Part shown: positions 8,568-18,950 of the stretch, one piece after another
How the letters are laid out: each line of letters starts with the position of its first letter
Position numbering within the stretch: the first letter of the stretch is position 1
Assembly (NCBI GenBank): GCA_035250975.1
Contig: DATFEP010000061.1
Location: 96,001-160,000 of the forward strand
Direction: 5' to 3'
Source: Nitrososphaeraceae archaeon
GTDB taxonomy: Archaea > Thermoproteota > Nitrososphaeria > Nitrososphaerales > Nitrososphaeraceae
DNA: 64,000 bases
Position numbers and translations under genes: made by a program
Notes under the pieces: model-generated
Told to the model about the DNA's origin: nothing
Databases searched by the model: none
What the model saw: only the letters and a program-made list of their open reading frames with translations

Positions 8568-9773
8568 TTATAATGCCTTGAATTGTTCACTCCATCTCAT
8601 ATAAGCTCTGATCATGTCTATGCTAACACTAGGCTTCCTTATCTTTATTATTTCCTTAAAATCGTTCATCGATACTGCACGAGGATTAGAATCTTCTTCC
8701 AATGCCTTACCGCTATCGAATAGTTCATTCACAACCCGTAGCTGTGCAGCTTGGCAAATATCTTTAATATCGCTTGCACTATATCCTTGAACAAGTTTAG
8801 CAAGATCTTCAATCTTAAGACCTTTTTCCTTCTTCAAGGGCGCTGTATATTGTTTAAACAAATAATTTCTTGAATCATTATCTGGTAATGTAACATAAAT
8901 TCTCTTTTGAAATCTTCTCAGAAAACCTGCTTCCAAGCTCCATGGTTTATTTGTTGCGCCTATCACATACAATTTAGATTCTTTGGCTTTGTTATTTATT
9001 CCATCCATCTCTGTTAGGAATTGATTTTTAACTCTTATCTCTCCTCCGACCTCTCCATTTCTTGTACCTAATAGCGAATCTATTTCATCTATGAAAAGTA
9101 ATATCGGGATATTTTCTGTTTCAAGTAATTTATTGGCCATCTTAAATAACTTGGAAACATTTTTCTCAGCCTCTCCTAACCATTTACTCATCATTGCTGC
9201 AGCGTCCACATTTATAAAATATCCATCTATTTCAGCAGCAGCAGCTGCAGCCAATAAAGTCTTTCCACATCCTGGAGGGCCATATAGTAATATTCCACGT
9301 GGCCATCCGAGAGGAAAAAGATCAGATCTTTTCATTGGATAAACAATAGATTCACGTATGGCTCTTTTAGCGTCGTCTAACCCAATAACTTCCTGCCATG
9401 AAACATTGGGCTTTTCTCTCATAACCAGATTATCAAATTCATCACCAAGTTGATCTTTAGGCTTTTTCCCGTCCATTGCCATTTTTTTTCCAGGACTTTC
9501 TTGCTCATTTAAAATCAGGTCATCACTTTTGTCATCTTCCAGAATGTTGGACATTTGTAATGATTTTATTCTATTCATATAAGCATTAGCTCTTTCCATG
9601 TAAATTTTATTTAATTTGTATTCCGGATAAATCTGAATTAACTTATTAAGAGCCTCTATCGCATGTTGATATAATTGAATAGCTTTTATCCTAGAACCTT
9701 GAGAGTCTAACCTTATTGCTTCTGCAGCAAATTTACTAGCACTATTTTCTAATTCTTGTGGGGCTAAAATCAT
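8568..9773 (-). CDS. cdvC: Vps4/CdvC AAA+ ATPase (ESCRT/Cdv cell division)
   Basis: N-terminal MIT-like helical domain (AAEAIRLD...YQHAIEAL), FPLGWPRGILLYGPPGCGKT, SKWLGEAEK, FIDEID, ATNKPW, RRFQKR. Confidence 0.9.
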   Translation of the reverse strand: MILAPQELENSASKFAAEAIRLDSQGSRIKAIQLYQHAIEALNKLIQIYPEYKLNKIYMERANAYMNRIKSLQMSNILEDDKSDDLILNEQESPGKKMAMDGKKPKDQLGDEFDNLVMREKPNVSWQEVIGLDDAKRAIRESIVYPMKRSDLFPLGWPRGILLYGPPGCGKTLLAAAAAAEIDGYFINVDAAAMMSKWLGEAEKNVSKLFKMANKLLETENIPILLFIDEIDSLLGTRNGEVGGEIRVKNQFLTEMDGINNKAKESKLYVIGATNKPWSLEAGFLRRFQKRIYVTLPDNDSRNYLFKQYTAPLKKEKGLKIEDLAKLVQGYSASDIKDICQAAQLRVVNELFDSGKALEEDSNPRAVSMNDFKEIIKIRKPSVSIDMIRAYMRWSEQFKAL

Positions 9774-9973
9774 AATTATTATCGACTATCCTAGAATTAA
9801 TTTGGATTTTTATTACTATTATGTGAATCTTAATTGTTCAACAAACCAAAAAATTTGTACCAAATATTTTGTGGATCATTAGACATTAACTTAGGCTATC
9901 AATTTAAAAGTATTATAAATGAACAATATTTATTTAATCGTCTTGTATACGTGAAAAATAATTTCAAATATTT

Positions 9974-11248
9974 CTAGAAAAATGCGGAAATTGTTTTCTG
10001 TTTACTATTATCTTTAATTCTTTTTTGATATTCTAATGATTCTTCTAACATTTTTAAAATTTTCTTATCCTTAGTTTCTTCTACATAAATTACATAAATC
10101 AAAGCACTATTTTTATTATTAGATTTCCTAATTACTCTTCCAATTCTCTGAATCAATTGAATCATGTTTTGTGTGTTTGAGACTATTATTGCTATGCCTA
10201 CAGAAGGAAGATCAAATCCTATTTCCAAAGTATGAACTGATAATAACACAAAAAATGATTTGCCCCAATTATCTAAAATTGTCATTCTCTGTCGAGATTT
10301 AATTTTGTTGTGAATTACTTCTGCCTTTATATTGTATTTGCTAAGCATCTCTCTGATCTTATTAATGGATTCAATGGTTTCACTAAAGATCATTATTTTC
10401 TCAGTTGGATGGTTTTTAACAATGTTAATAGTTTCATCCAATTTCGATAGAGTCTCATTCAGTAATTTTTTTCTTTTCTGAACGTATGAAAACCATTGTT
10501 TTGCTAATCTCGAGTTTATACCTCCATATTTTAATAATCTAGAAATTTCAATCGGATTAGAAGATTTCAATTTCAATGATATTTGTCTTATTGATTTGGA
10601 AATATCTTCATATTCTTTTCTTTCCTTAAAATTTAGTTTTACAGGCCTGATTATTACTTCCGGTTCAGTTAGTCTTCCATCATCTATAGCTTCCTTAATC
10701 ATATATTTTCTCACAGGCGGTATCAGCGCAATTATTTTGGAGTATTTGGGATCTCTTTCATCTATTGTAGCTGTTAGACCCAAGATAGCTTTACTGGAAT
10801 CTTCTTTTAAAATTGAAAAAATATTGCTTAATTTCTTGGCAGTGGAAGAAACAAGATGAACCTCGTCTAGTATAACCATTTTAGAGTTTCGGATTAGATC
10901 AAAATTTCTTATAATGCTTTGATATGTACTAAACGTTATTTCCTTGATATCTTTTTTCTCGCCATAGAAAACACCGATACATTCTTTTTTTATACCATAT
11001 TGATTCAATCTTGTGATATTTTGTGCGATCAATACAATCCGTGGGACGAGAAAAAGAATATTAAAAGCAGTGTCAGAATTTTCTTTTTTTGCTACTCTTC
11101 TAGCACATTCAAATGCTATCTCTGTTTTTCCAGTACCTGTACTGTAGATGATAGATCCTCTATTTTGATTTTTTAACCAGGAATTTACGGCTTCTATCTG
11201 ATCCTTTTCTAAGTTAAATGGAAATTTTAAAGAAGTAATTTCTGACAA
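9974..11248 (-). CDS. SF2 helicase, XPB/Rad25-like
   Basis: STGTGKT, LDEVH, LGLTAT, GFDLP, QRIGRVIR. Confidence 0.85.
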   Translation of the reverse strand: MSEITSLKFPFNLEKDQIEAVNSWLKNQNRGSIIYSTGTGKTEIAFECARRVAKKENSDTAFNILFLVPRIVLIAQNITRLNQYGIKKECIGVFYGEKKDIKEITFSTYQSIIRNFDLIRNSKMVILDEVHLVSSTAKKLSNIFSILKEDSSKAILGLTATIDERDPKYSKIIALIPPVRKYMIKEAIDDGRLTEPEVIIRPVKLNFKERKEYEDISKSIRQISLKLKSSNPIEISRLLKYGGINSRLAKQWFSYVQKRKKLLNETLSKLDETINIVKNHPTEKIMIFSETIESINKIREMLSKYNIKAEVIHNKIKSRQRMTILDNWGKSFFVLLSVHTLEIGFDLPSVGIAIIVSNTQNMIQLIQRIGRVIRKSNNKNSALIYVIYVEETKDKKILKMLEESLEYQKRIKDNSKQKTISAFF

Positions 11249-11387
11249 TTACTACCGAAGTATATCTAATGTGATTAATAATCCTAATGAAATTAACTTG
11301 TTTTAGATGCTTATTGTAGACTTTCAATTCATGGTTTACAATATTAAAGATTATTTATTCGACTATTTTAATACTTTACATCTTTCA

Positions 11388-11894
11388 ATGAATGTATTTG
11401 TTTTAATGTTAAGGCAAGACGATCCGAGTAAATGTACTGCTGCAAAGTTGATAAAGTTTCATCTAATTAATTCAACAACATTCATACCTAAAAACACAAT
11501 TGTTTTAAATGCTTTTTCTAACATGGTCCTGTCGAAAGACGATCTAAATAATGGAAAATCATTATGTGCTATCGATTGTTCGTGGAATTATATCCATGAA
11601 ACACTAAATAAATTTAAGATCATAAAAAAAAGAATCAACAGACGTCTTCCTCTCCTACTTGCCGGAAATCCAGTAAATTATGCTAAGTTGGGAAAATTAA
11701 CAACGGCTGAAGCCTTGGCAGGGTCTCTTTATATTCTTGGATATCAATCCAGAGCAGAAGAATTATTGAATAAATTCAGATGGGGACACACGTTTTTAGA
11801 ACTGAATTTGGAAATCCTAAAATCATATAGTGAAAAACAGAATCCTGAACAAATTAAAAAGATTGAAAAGGAATATTTTCCAAATGTATATTAG
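11388..11894 (+). CDS. tsr3: SSU rRNA aminocarboxypropyltransferase Tsr3 (DUF367)
   Basis: QDDPSKCTA, IDCSW, RRLPLLLAGNPVNY, LTTAEALA, FRWGHTFLELN. Start at MNVFV (11388) preferred over the track start at 11307. Confidence 0.92.
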   Translation: MNVFVLMLRQDDPSKCTAAKLIKFHLINSTTFIPKNTIVLNAFSNMVLSKDDLNNGKSLCAIDCSWNYIHETLNKFKIIKKRINRRLPLLLAGNPVNYAKLGKLTTAEALAGSLYILGYQSRAEELLNKFRWGHTFLELNLEILKSYSEKQNPEQIKKIEKEYFPNVY

Positions 11895-11917
11895 ATAATA
11901 TATTATTTTCTAATAAC

Positions 11918-12202
11918 GTGAGCTAGAGCGCGAGTTACTCATAATGAGAGGAAACTCCTCCCTCATAGCAGGCACCCAAATTAGCGATAATTAGCTGGAG
12001 ACAGCTGGCAACGTAACAGAAAGGCTATCTAGAAGAGTCTATTTATCTGTGATGGTTAATCGCCTGAGATCCCCTTATCTAGAATGAAACTGACGACCTG
12101 GGTGGAGCAAGGCCAAAACGAGTTATAAGGTTCCTGCACTTACTCAGGTTGGCCGCTTAGCGAAATCTCGCATAAACAGAAGGAGGGTTATTCCTAGCAC
12201 AC
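11918..12202 (+). ncRNA. rnpB: RNase P RNA
   Basis: 5' GAGGAAACTCCTCC and 3' AAACAGAAGGAGGGTTA (P4 pseudoknot), internal AACAGAAA, TGAAAC and GGAGCAAG conserved blocks. Ends GTGAGCTAG / CTAGCACAC can pair as P1. GC-richer than flanks. Confidence 0.93.
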
Positions 12203-12821
12203 TATCAATCCAAATGAACGTTCTCAGATGTATTTTTGATGATGATTGGAGGATCAATTTTAGGTATTAACTAGAGGAAATAAAATATGAAGGAGATTCT
12301 CCAAACCAATTTACATCATCTTTCATTCTACAAAACTTCCTCAGACCATATACGAGGATTACTAACCTCTATCCTAGTTATACGAAAGTCCTTCTGATTA
12401 TTTTGTTAGTGACACAGTAAGAAGAATCTATTTACCTATGAAAAACGGACATTTACTCTCATCACTAGCGTATTATTTCATGATGCTAAAATGCGATCAA
12501 ATCATAAAGATGTTTAGACCTGATGATATGGTATTTAAGTTTGAAACATCAATCTTTTGACATATAATTATTGCCAGCACACTATTGATAACCAGCAAGT
12601 TCAATGTAGTTTGACTAACGGTAGAAATCAAGGTTAAAAAATAGACTTGATTCGTAATTTCCATTTTTTAACTTGTTCTGTTAATTTATAATATTTTTAT
12701 AACTAAAATTATAAACAAGTTATGTTTAGATTTATAGAAAATAATTTCAATCTTTATAAAAAACGAGATATAAAATAAATATAATCATGGATTAATATTT
12801 TCATGTTATTTCAATATTGAA

Positions 12822-14591
12822 TTATTTTGTAACTATTAACATCAATACTATTATTCCAAATGTAATAGCTAAGAATATCTTAGTCAAATCCATAGACTTA
12901 TCTAAGGCTCTCGAATAATCTTCAAATTGACCACTACCCATAACTTTAATTGATGTTTTGCTGTCTAATATCTCGTATTTTGAATTTTTAATTTTTTCTT
13001 GTGCTTCAGATACGATTTCAATGAAATATTTTGTTGCCTGTTCAAAACTTGTAATTTCTCCAAATGGAAAATATCCTTCGGAAGTCCTAAATCCTGAATT
13101 TTCATGAGTATCAGAGGTACAAATATCTAACAATGTAATGCCCTTTTGTTCAAGATCCTTAATAATATGTTCTCGCAATCCATTTTTCATATTATTCGAA
13201 TCTATCCAACCAATAAAATATTGTTTATCGTGAATTTGAATGATAAATATGGATATTCCTGCTTTTCCTAAATCTTTGTTATTAATGTCACTTTGGATTT
13301 CTCTGGTACTAGAATAACTTATTTTAAACTCCGACTGAGGAGAATTTCTTAGATTTCTTAAGCAACTTTTTGCAGCATTTACCATATTATTTCTGCTTAT
13401 TTCCTCTAGTTTTTTCCCCATAGCATTATGACTATCTATTATTAAAATCTTGTCAAAACCAACTCCTTTTGAATATTTTTCTAATTCAATTAATATATTT
13501 TCGGGAACATCATCCATACCAACGGGTGAATTGGATAAAATTATAAGAGGTACATTTCCAAATGCGATTCCAGTACAAGTGGAACTTCCATTTGTTACCC
13601 TTATAGGGGTGGAACAAGTAGTTCCATTTTGGATTATCTTATATGTTGATAAAGATTCTAAATATTTTACAACCTCTTCACTTGATGGAATATTTAACGA
13701 ATGATCCGAAACACTATGAAATACGATTGATTTATAATCATAGTATTCCCAAATTCTAAACGATAAATTACTTCCACCTATTGTCTTGAATGGTCCCGGA
13801 TGTATATCTGGTAATACTAAATTTATATTTTCGAAATCATCCTTAAACCTAACAATTCTAGTAGATACCGATGCTTCTCTGGATTTAGATATCAGAATCT
13901 TTTCAATATTTTCAACTTTATTTTCTGTCCAGGCGGACATAAAAGCTTGTAAGAGAGAAAAAGTACTTTGAATATATGGTCGACCTGATCTATCTACTAA
14001 TATAACCCATGCTATCCCTAAACCTAATATAATGAAGCCGAAACCAATGGCAATGGCGTCTGTCAGCTCCTTAAATGAATTTAACGGAGTTATGACAAAT
14101 AATAAGAGAAAAGGTTGATATATTGCTGTTGTTATTGCTTTTTTTAGACCTGCTCCAAAAACTGATGTAAATATACCTATTCTTAACCCAATTGCTACCA
14201 TCATCCCTTCTATTATATGTCCAATAGGAATATTGTCTTTGTTGAAGATAATGTACGAAACCATACCCAGAATTAAAATTGCCATCCAAAGAAGATTTGA
14301 AAATGCTGAAACATGGAGTATCTTGGAAAATTTGTTGACAGGCGTATCACGCAAAAAATAAAAATCTAAAATATAACTACAAATTAAAAAAATTAAACCC
14401 AATATGGAATAAATGATAATATGAACTGAATCCTGTAGGAAATAAATTTCTGTTAATATAATAATTAACAGTGAGCTAATTATAGATATTATTAATGAAA
14501 TCTTATAAGATGAAAAGTTTATTCTTGTGAAAGACCATCTTTTGTGGATATTAGAAACACTATCATGGCCTTCTTCCTTTATTTGAGCCAC
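12822..14591 (-). CDS. DUF2070-family membrane protein
   Basis: Multi-TM N-terminal half, IHPGPF, DHSLN, IDSHN, DSNNM, TSDTH motifs, C-terminal TM. Confidence 0.85.
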   Translation of the reverse strand: MAQIKEEGHDSVSNIHKRWSFTRINFSSYKISLIISIISSLLIIILTEIYFLQDSVHIIIYSILGLIFLICSYILDFYFLRDTPVNKFSKILHVSAFSNLLWMAILILGMVSYIIFNKDNIPIGHIIEGMMVAIGLRIGIFTSVFGAGLKKAITTAIYQPFLLLFVITPLNSFKELTDAIAIGFGFIILGLGIAWVILVDRSGRPYIQSTFSLLQAFMSAWTENKVENIEKILISKSREASVSTRIVRFKDDFENINLVLPDIHPGPFKTIGGSNLSFRIWEYYDYKSIVFHSVSDHSLNIPSSEEVVKYLESLSTYKIIQNGTTCSTPIRVTNGSSTCTGIAFGNVPLIILSNSPVGMDDVPENILIELEKYSKGVGFDKILIIDSHNAMGKKLEEISRNNMVNAAKSCLRNLRNSPQSEFKISYSSTREIQSDINNKDLGKAGISIFIIQIHDKQYFIGWIDSNNMKNGLREHIIKDLEQKGITLLDICTSDTHENSGFRTSEGYFPFGEITSFEQATKYFIEIVSEAQEKIKNSKYEILDSKTSIKVMGSGQFEDYSRALDKSMDLTKIFLAITFGIIVLMLIVTK

Positions 14592-14593
14592 TA

Positions 14594-14761
14594 TTATACT
14601 GGAAATATGACTCTGATCAATATAGAAATTGCTATTAACCCTCCGGTAACCCCGAGAACTATTTCTGGTTTTACCTTGACTCCTTTAGTCTCATCCTCAA
14701 AAAATCTTAACAATCCTGCGCTAGAAGCTGGTAATGGTGCATTCTTCTTTTTACTACTCAA
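14594..14761 (-). CDS. secG: Preprotein translocase subunit Sec61beta
   Basis: (M)SSKKKNAPLPASSAGLLRFFEDETKGVKVKPE plus single TM. TTG start at 14761 preferred. Confidence 0.9.
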   Translation of the reverse strand: MSSKKKNAPLPASSAGLLRFFEDETKGVKVKPEIVLGVTGGLIAISILIRVIFPV

Positions 14762-15055
14762 TTCGATAAACTTCAGCACAGTATTACTTAAATACATATC
14801 GTTTTAAAGACTACGCGAGATTCGAATTTGAAATTATAGCTAATATGATTTTGTTATTCTCTTAAAAGATCAAACTAAAACTAATATCTAGAATATTTGA
14901 AGGTTTGAATAACCATTCGCAAGAAAAAATATTTACAATTTTGACTCTTGTTTCAGATTGCTTTATATACATCACAAATACGATAGATTTAGTATCTGTA
15001 TTTTTTACTTGGGAACGCTTAATAAGAAGATATGAAAAGAATAGGTAAATAAAAT

Positions 15056-15364
15056 ATGGCGGTTATTTGTAAAAAATGTGGATTACCTGATGATTTATGC
15101 CCTTGTGGTGAACTAGAAAAAGAAGAAACGAGAATAATAATCCGCCTAGAAACAAGGAGATTTTCAAAGACTACTACTTTGATTGAAGGAATTGATCCTA
15201 AAATAACCAATATGCAAAATATTGTAAAAGAATTAAAGAGCCAATTTGCTTGTGGCGGTACAGCAAAAGATGGATTCATAATGTTACAGGGGGATCATAG
15301 AGATGATGTTAAAGGATATCTAATAAAAAAAGGATTTAATGAAGAGGCAATAGAAGTTCAATAA
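15056..15364 (+). CDS. sui1: Translation initiation factor SUI1 (aIF1)
   Basis: CKKCGLPDDLC, LKSQFACGGT, LQGDHR. Confidence 0.95.
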   Translation: MAVICKKCGLPDDLCPCGELEKEETRIIIRLETRRFSKTTTLIEGIDPKITNMQNIVKELKSQFACGGTAKDGFIMLQGDHRDDVKGYLIKKGFNEEAIEVQ

Positions 15365-15506
15365 TTCGTGTAATTGACACAAAGAATTTTTATAGAAACA
15401 TCCAGTTTACAAAAATAGTTTATATGCTATTATGGCAATATTTATATTGTAGAATAAAACATAAATAATACGGTTTAAGTTATTAAAAAGTTTTATGGTG
15501 AAATGA

Positions 15507-16421
15507 ATGGTTAAAGATATTTCGTTATTTGGCGATCGTTGTCCTAGATGTGGTAAAGGTCCGATGGTTACCGATAATTCCACAGGTGAAATGTTTTGCG
15601 GCAATTGTGGTTTTGTAATAAATGAAAGAATTGAGGAAACCGGACCTGAATGGAGGGCTTTTTCTAAAGAAGAACATGAAGATAGAAGTAGAGCAGGAAT
15701 TCCAACTTCCTTGGCGATGCATGATATGGGATTAGCTACAATAATCGGTCCTGTAGACAAGGATGCATCTGGAAAACCATTGTCTTCTTCTATGAAAAGC
15801 ACCATTGAAAGGTTAAGAACTTGGGATAGTCGAAGTCAGGTACATGAACCGGTTGATCGTAACTTTAGACAGGCATTCAGTGAGTTAGATCGATTGAAAG
15901 ATAAATTAGCTGTTGGCGATGCTGTTATAGAAAAAGCAGCATATGTGTATAGAAAAGCACTCGAAAAAGGCCTTGTTAGAGGAAGATCGATTTCAGCATT
16001 AGTCGCAGCTGCATTATATGCTGCTTGCCGTGATACAGAAACGCCCAGGACTTTAAAAGATATAGCAAACGCTAGTAATATTAAGAAAAAAGACGTTGCT
16101 AGGTGTTATAGATTATTAATCAGAGAGTTGGATTTACGCATGCCTGTGGTCGATCCGGTTAAATGTGTTGCAAGAATAGCAAGTAAAGCTGGATTATCAG
16201 AAAAAACAAAACGTAAGGCGTTAGAGATACTAAAGAAAGCAGAAGAAGGCAAGATTTCAGCCGGTAAAGATCCTATGGGACTGGCAGCTGCGGCTCTTTA
16301 TGTAGCTTGTGTAATGAATGGCGAAAATAAAACCCAAAAAGATGTAGCAGAAGCAGCGGGTGTTACAGAAGTGACAATCAGAAATAGATACAAGGGATTA
16401 AAAACACACCTAAAACTATAA
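15507..16421 (+). CDS. tfb: Transcription initiation factor IIB (TFB)
   Basis: CPRCG...CGNCG Zn ribbon, GPEWRAF, HDMGL, two cyclin repeats, GVTEVTIRNRY. Confidence 0.97.
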   Translation: MVKDISLFGDRCPRCGKGPMVTDNSTGEMFCGNCGFVINERIEETGPEWRAFSKEEHEDRSRAGIPTSLAMHDMGLATIIGPVDKDASGKPLSSSMKSTIERLRTWDSRSQVHEPVDRNFRQAFSELDRLKDKLAVGDAVIEKAAYVYRKALEKGLVRGRSISALVAAALYAACRDTETPRTLKDIANASNIKKKDVARCYRLLIRELDLRMPVVDPVKCVARIASKAGLSEKTKRKALEILKKAEEGKISAGKDPMGLAAAALYVACVMNGENKTQKDVAEAAGVTEVTIRNRYKGLKTHLKL

Positions 16422-16481
16422 TTCTTATTTAAAATGTTTTTTACTAAAATGTGGATACCTATATGATCATTTAATGTAGTT

Positions 16482-18857
16482 ATGATTATTCAAAAACTTG
16501 TAGTCTTTTTAATTCCAATTTTAGGTACCATAATAATTTGTCCTTTAAATTTTATTGATTCAAAACCTATTATAAAAGGTCCATACATAGATAACGTCAA
16601 GTTCATTCATTATCTTGATGAGAATGTTGCGTTAGAGGAAATGAAGTCTGGCAATCTCGATATGTATTATTTCCGTATTCCCTTGGATTTGGTTCCCAGC
16701 ATTCTTGCTGATGACGATATTAAATTATATGATAAAGTGTCTGGAACATTTGGTATTCTTCTAAATCCGGCACCAGCAGAAGATGACAGTATTAATCCAT
16801 TCCAATTCCGTGAAATAAGGTATGCTATGAATTTTTTATTTAATAGAAACTTTATTTCTAACGAAATATTGCAAGGATACGGTTTTCCATTATTCGATCC
16901 CTTTGGACCGCTTTCTCCTGATTATCGTGTGATAATGGATACTGTCGAATCATATGGTTTTCATTATGATCCGGAATTTGTTTCAAATATAATTGGAAAG
17001 GTTTTACAAGAAAATGGGGCATTTTTTGAAGACAAAAAATGGTATTTTAATGAAAAACCAATTACCTTAAAAATTCTCATAAGAAGCGATGACCAACAAA
17101 GAAAAGTACTTGGTGAATTGATATCATCTGAACTCGAGAAGATGGGATTTACCGTGATTAAAGATTATGGAGATCTAAACAAATCACTAAGGATCTTACA
17201 AAACACTAATCCACAAGATCTTCAATGGAATATGTATACAGAAGCATTTACTAGTAACGCATTTTCTAGATATAACGAAGCAATAGTAGCTCAGTTTTAC
17301 GCACCATGGTATGCAAACATGCCAGGTTATCAAAATCCAGGATTTTGGCAATATCAAAATTCAACATTAGATTTTTTGACTCAAAAATTGGTTTTTTCAA
17401 ACTTTACCTCAGAAAGTGAAAGAAATACGTTATTAGAAGCAGCAACAAAGATGGGACTCGAGGAATCTGTACGAATATTTTTAGTAAAGAATATAGATCC
17501 TTTTGCTGCTTCATCCTCTGTATCTGGATTAGTAAATGATTTTGGAGGAGGAATAGCTAACAAATATTCCTTATTTAACGCTAAATCCAACAAAACGAAT
17601 TCTCTGGATATAGGTGTTAAGCAAATCTATCAAGGAGCTTGGAATACTATTGGGGGGTTCAGCGATGCTTATAGTAGCAACATCTATTCAAATATAGCCG
17701 ATAGTTCAATCCTCCGACATCCTTTTACAGGCGACGTTATATCTATGAGAAATGAGGTCATAAATGTAACCACTAATGGACCATATAATAAACTTAAAGT
17801 CCATCCTGAAGCAATAATTTGGAATAGTTCCCACGGATGGATACATGCAGATCATAATTCTACTTCTCTAAGTAAGGTAATTAATAAGATACTTTATTCA
17901 AATTGGCATCACGGGATTCCAATGGACAAATCCGATCTCCTTTATTCTTTGTATTTTATGTTTGAATGGGGATCTAATTACGGTACAGACGATCCTACAC
18001 AAGATCCAGAATATACGTCACGTGTAGAAGTAAGTCTTCCTTTAATGAAGGGGATTCGATTTCTTTCTAATGATACTATAGAATCTTTTATTGATATATG
18101 GCATTATGATAGCAAGGAAATAATAGGATATGCAGGATTGTGGCCACAGGAACCATGGGAAATTTCTGCTGCCATTGAAAGATTAGTCCTTTCAAATGTT
18201 CTTTCATTTTCCAAATCTCAAGCTACTACAAAAAATGCAGAATGGCTATCGTTAATAATTCCAGGACATGCAAACTTAATAAAAAAAGAATTAATGAAAA
18301 TGAAAGATGAAAATTTTATTCCTTTACCATTAAAAAATATTCTAACCTTGGAAGAGGCAAAGAAAAGATACGATGCAAGCATAAAATGGATTGAAGATCA
18401 TAAACATTCTGTAATAAGCAACGGTCCATTTTTCTTGGACTCGTATAATCCATCAGGAAGAACCATGGAAATAAAGGCATTCCGTGATCAGACCTATCCC
18501 TTTGAACAGGGTTATTGGTCACATCTAGAAAAACCAAAATCTATTCAGCTAACAAACTTTACAACTGACAAATTTATAAAAATCAGAGAAGAAAAAGTAA
18601 TCGATTTTCAAGCTCTAGTTGATAATTCACCTCAATCCAATATCTCCATTTATTACTTTCTTATTGATTATTCCGGGAAAATAGTGAATTCTGGAATGGC
18701 TAAAAAAATTAACGATGTTGGATCTTTTCAAATTCAATTGCACAAAAAACTAACTGAAACATTAAGGCAAGGACCAGTTTCATTAAAAATATTTGCGAAT
18801 ACTAACGAAGCATTGAAACCATTTATTTCTAATAACCTCTACTTAGTCATTAAATAG
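16482..18857 (+). CDS. ABC transporter substrate-binding protein, family 5 (peptide/nickel type)
   Basis: Signal peptide, LLNPAP, NPFQFREIRYAMN, WHHG, SNGPFFLDSY; no permease adjacent. Confidence 0.8.
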   Translation: MIIQKLVVFLIPILGTIIICPLNFIDSKPIIKGPYIDNVKFIHYLDENVALEEMKSGNLDMYYFRIPLDLVPSILADDDIKLYDKVSGTFGILLNPAPAEDDSINPFQFREIRYAMNFLFNRNFISNEILQGYGFPLFDPFGPLSPDYRVIMDTVESYGFHYDPEFVSNIIGKVLQENGAFFEDKKWYFNEKPITLKILIRSDDQQRKVLGELISSELEKMGFTVIKDYGDLNKSLRILQNTNPQDLQWNMYTEAFTSNAFSRYNEAIVAQFYAPWYANMPGYQNPGFWQYQNSTLDFLTQKLVFSNFTSESERNTLLEAATKMGLEESVRIFLVKNIDPFAASSSVSGLVNDFGGGIANKYSLFNAKSNKTNSLDIGVKQIYQGAWNTIGGFSDAYSSNIYSNIADSSILRHPFTGDVISMRNEVINVTTNGPYNKLKVHPEAIIWNSSHGWIHADHNSTSLSKVINKILYSNWHHGIPMDKSDLLYSLYFMFEWGSNYGTDDPTQDPEYTSRVEVSLPLMKGIRFLSNDTIESFIDIWHYDSKEIIGYAGLWPQEPWEISAAIERLVLSNVLSFSKSQATTKNAEWLSLIIPGHANLIKKELMKMKDENFIPLPLKNILTLEEAKKRYDASIKWIEDHKHSVISNGPFFLDSYNPSGRTMEIKAFRDQTYPFEQGYWSHLEKPKSIQLTNFTTDKFIKIREEKVIDFQALVDNSPQSNISIYYFLIDYSGKIVNSGMAKKINDVGSFQIQLHKKLTETLRQGPVSLKIFANTNEALKPFISNNLYLVIK

Positions 18858-18950
18858 TTTTAGTAATCTTATATTTATATAGCTTTTTCTGATGCTCTCT
18901 TTTTAATTTTTTGTCTTTTATAATATTATTAATTTTTTTATCATGAGATT

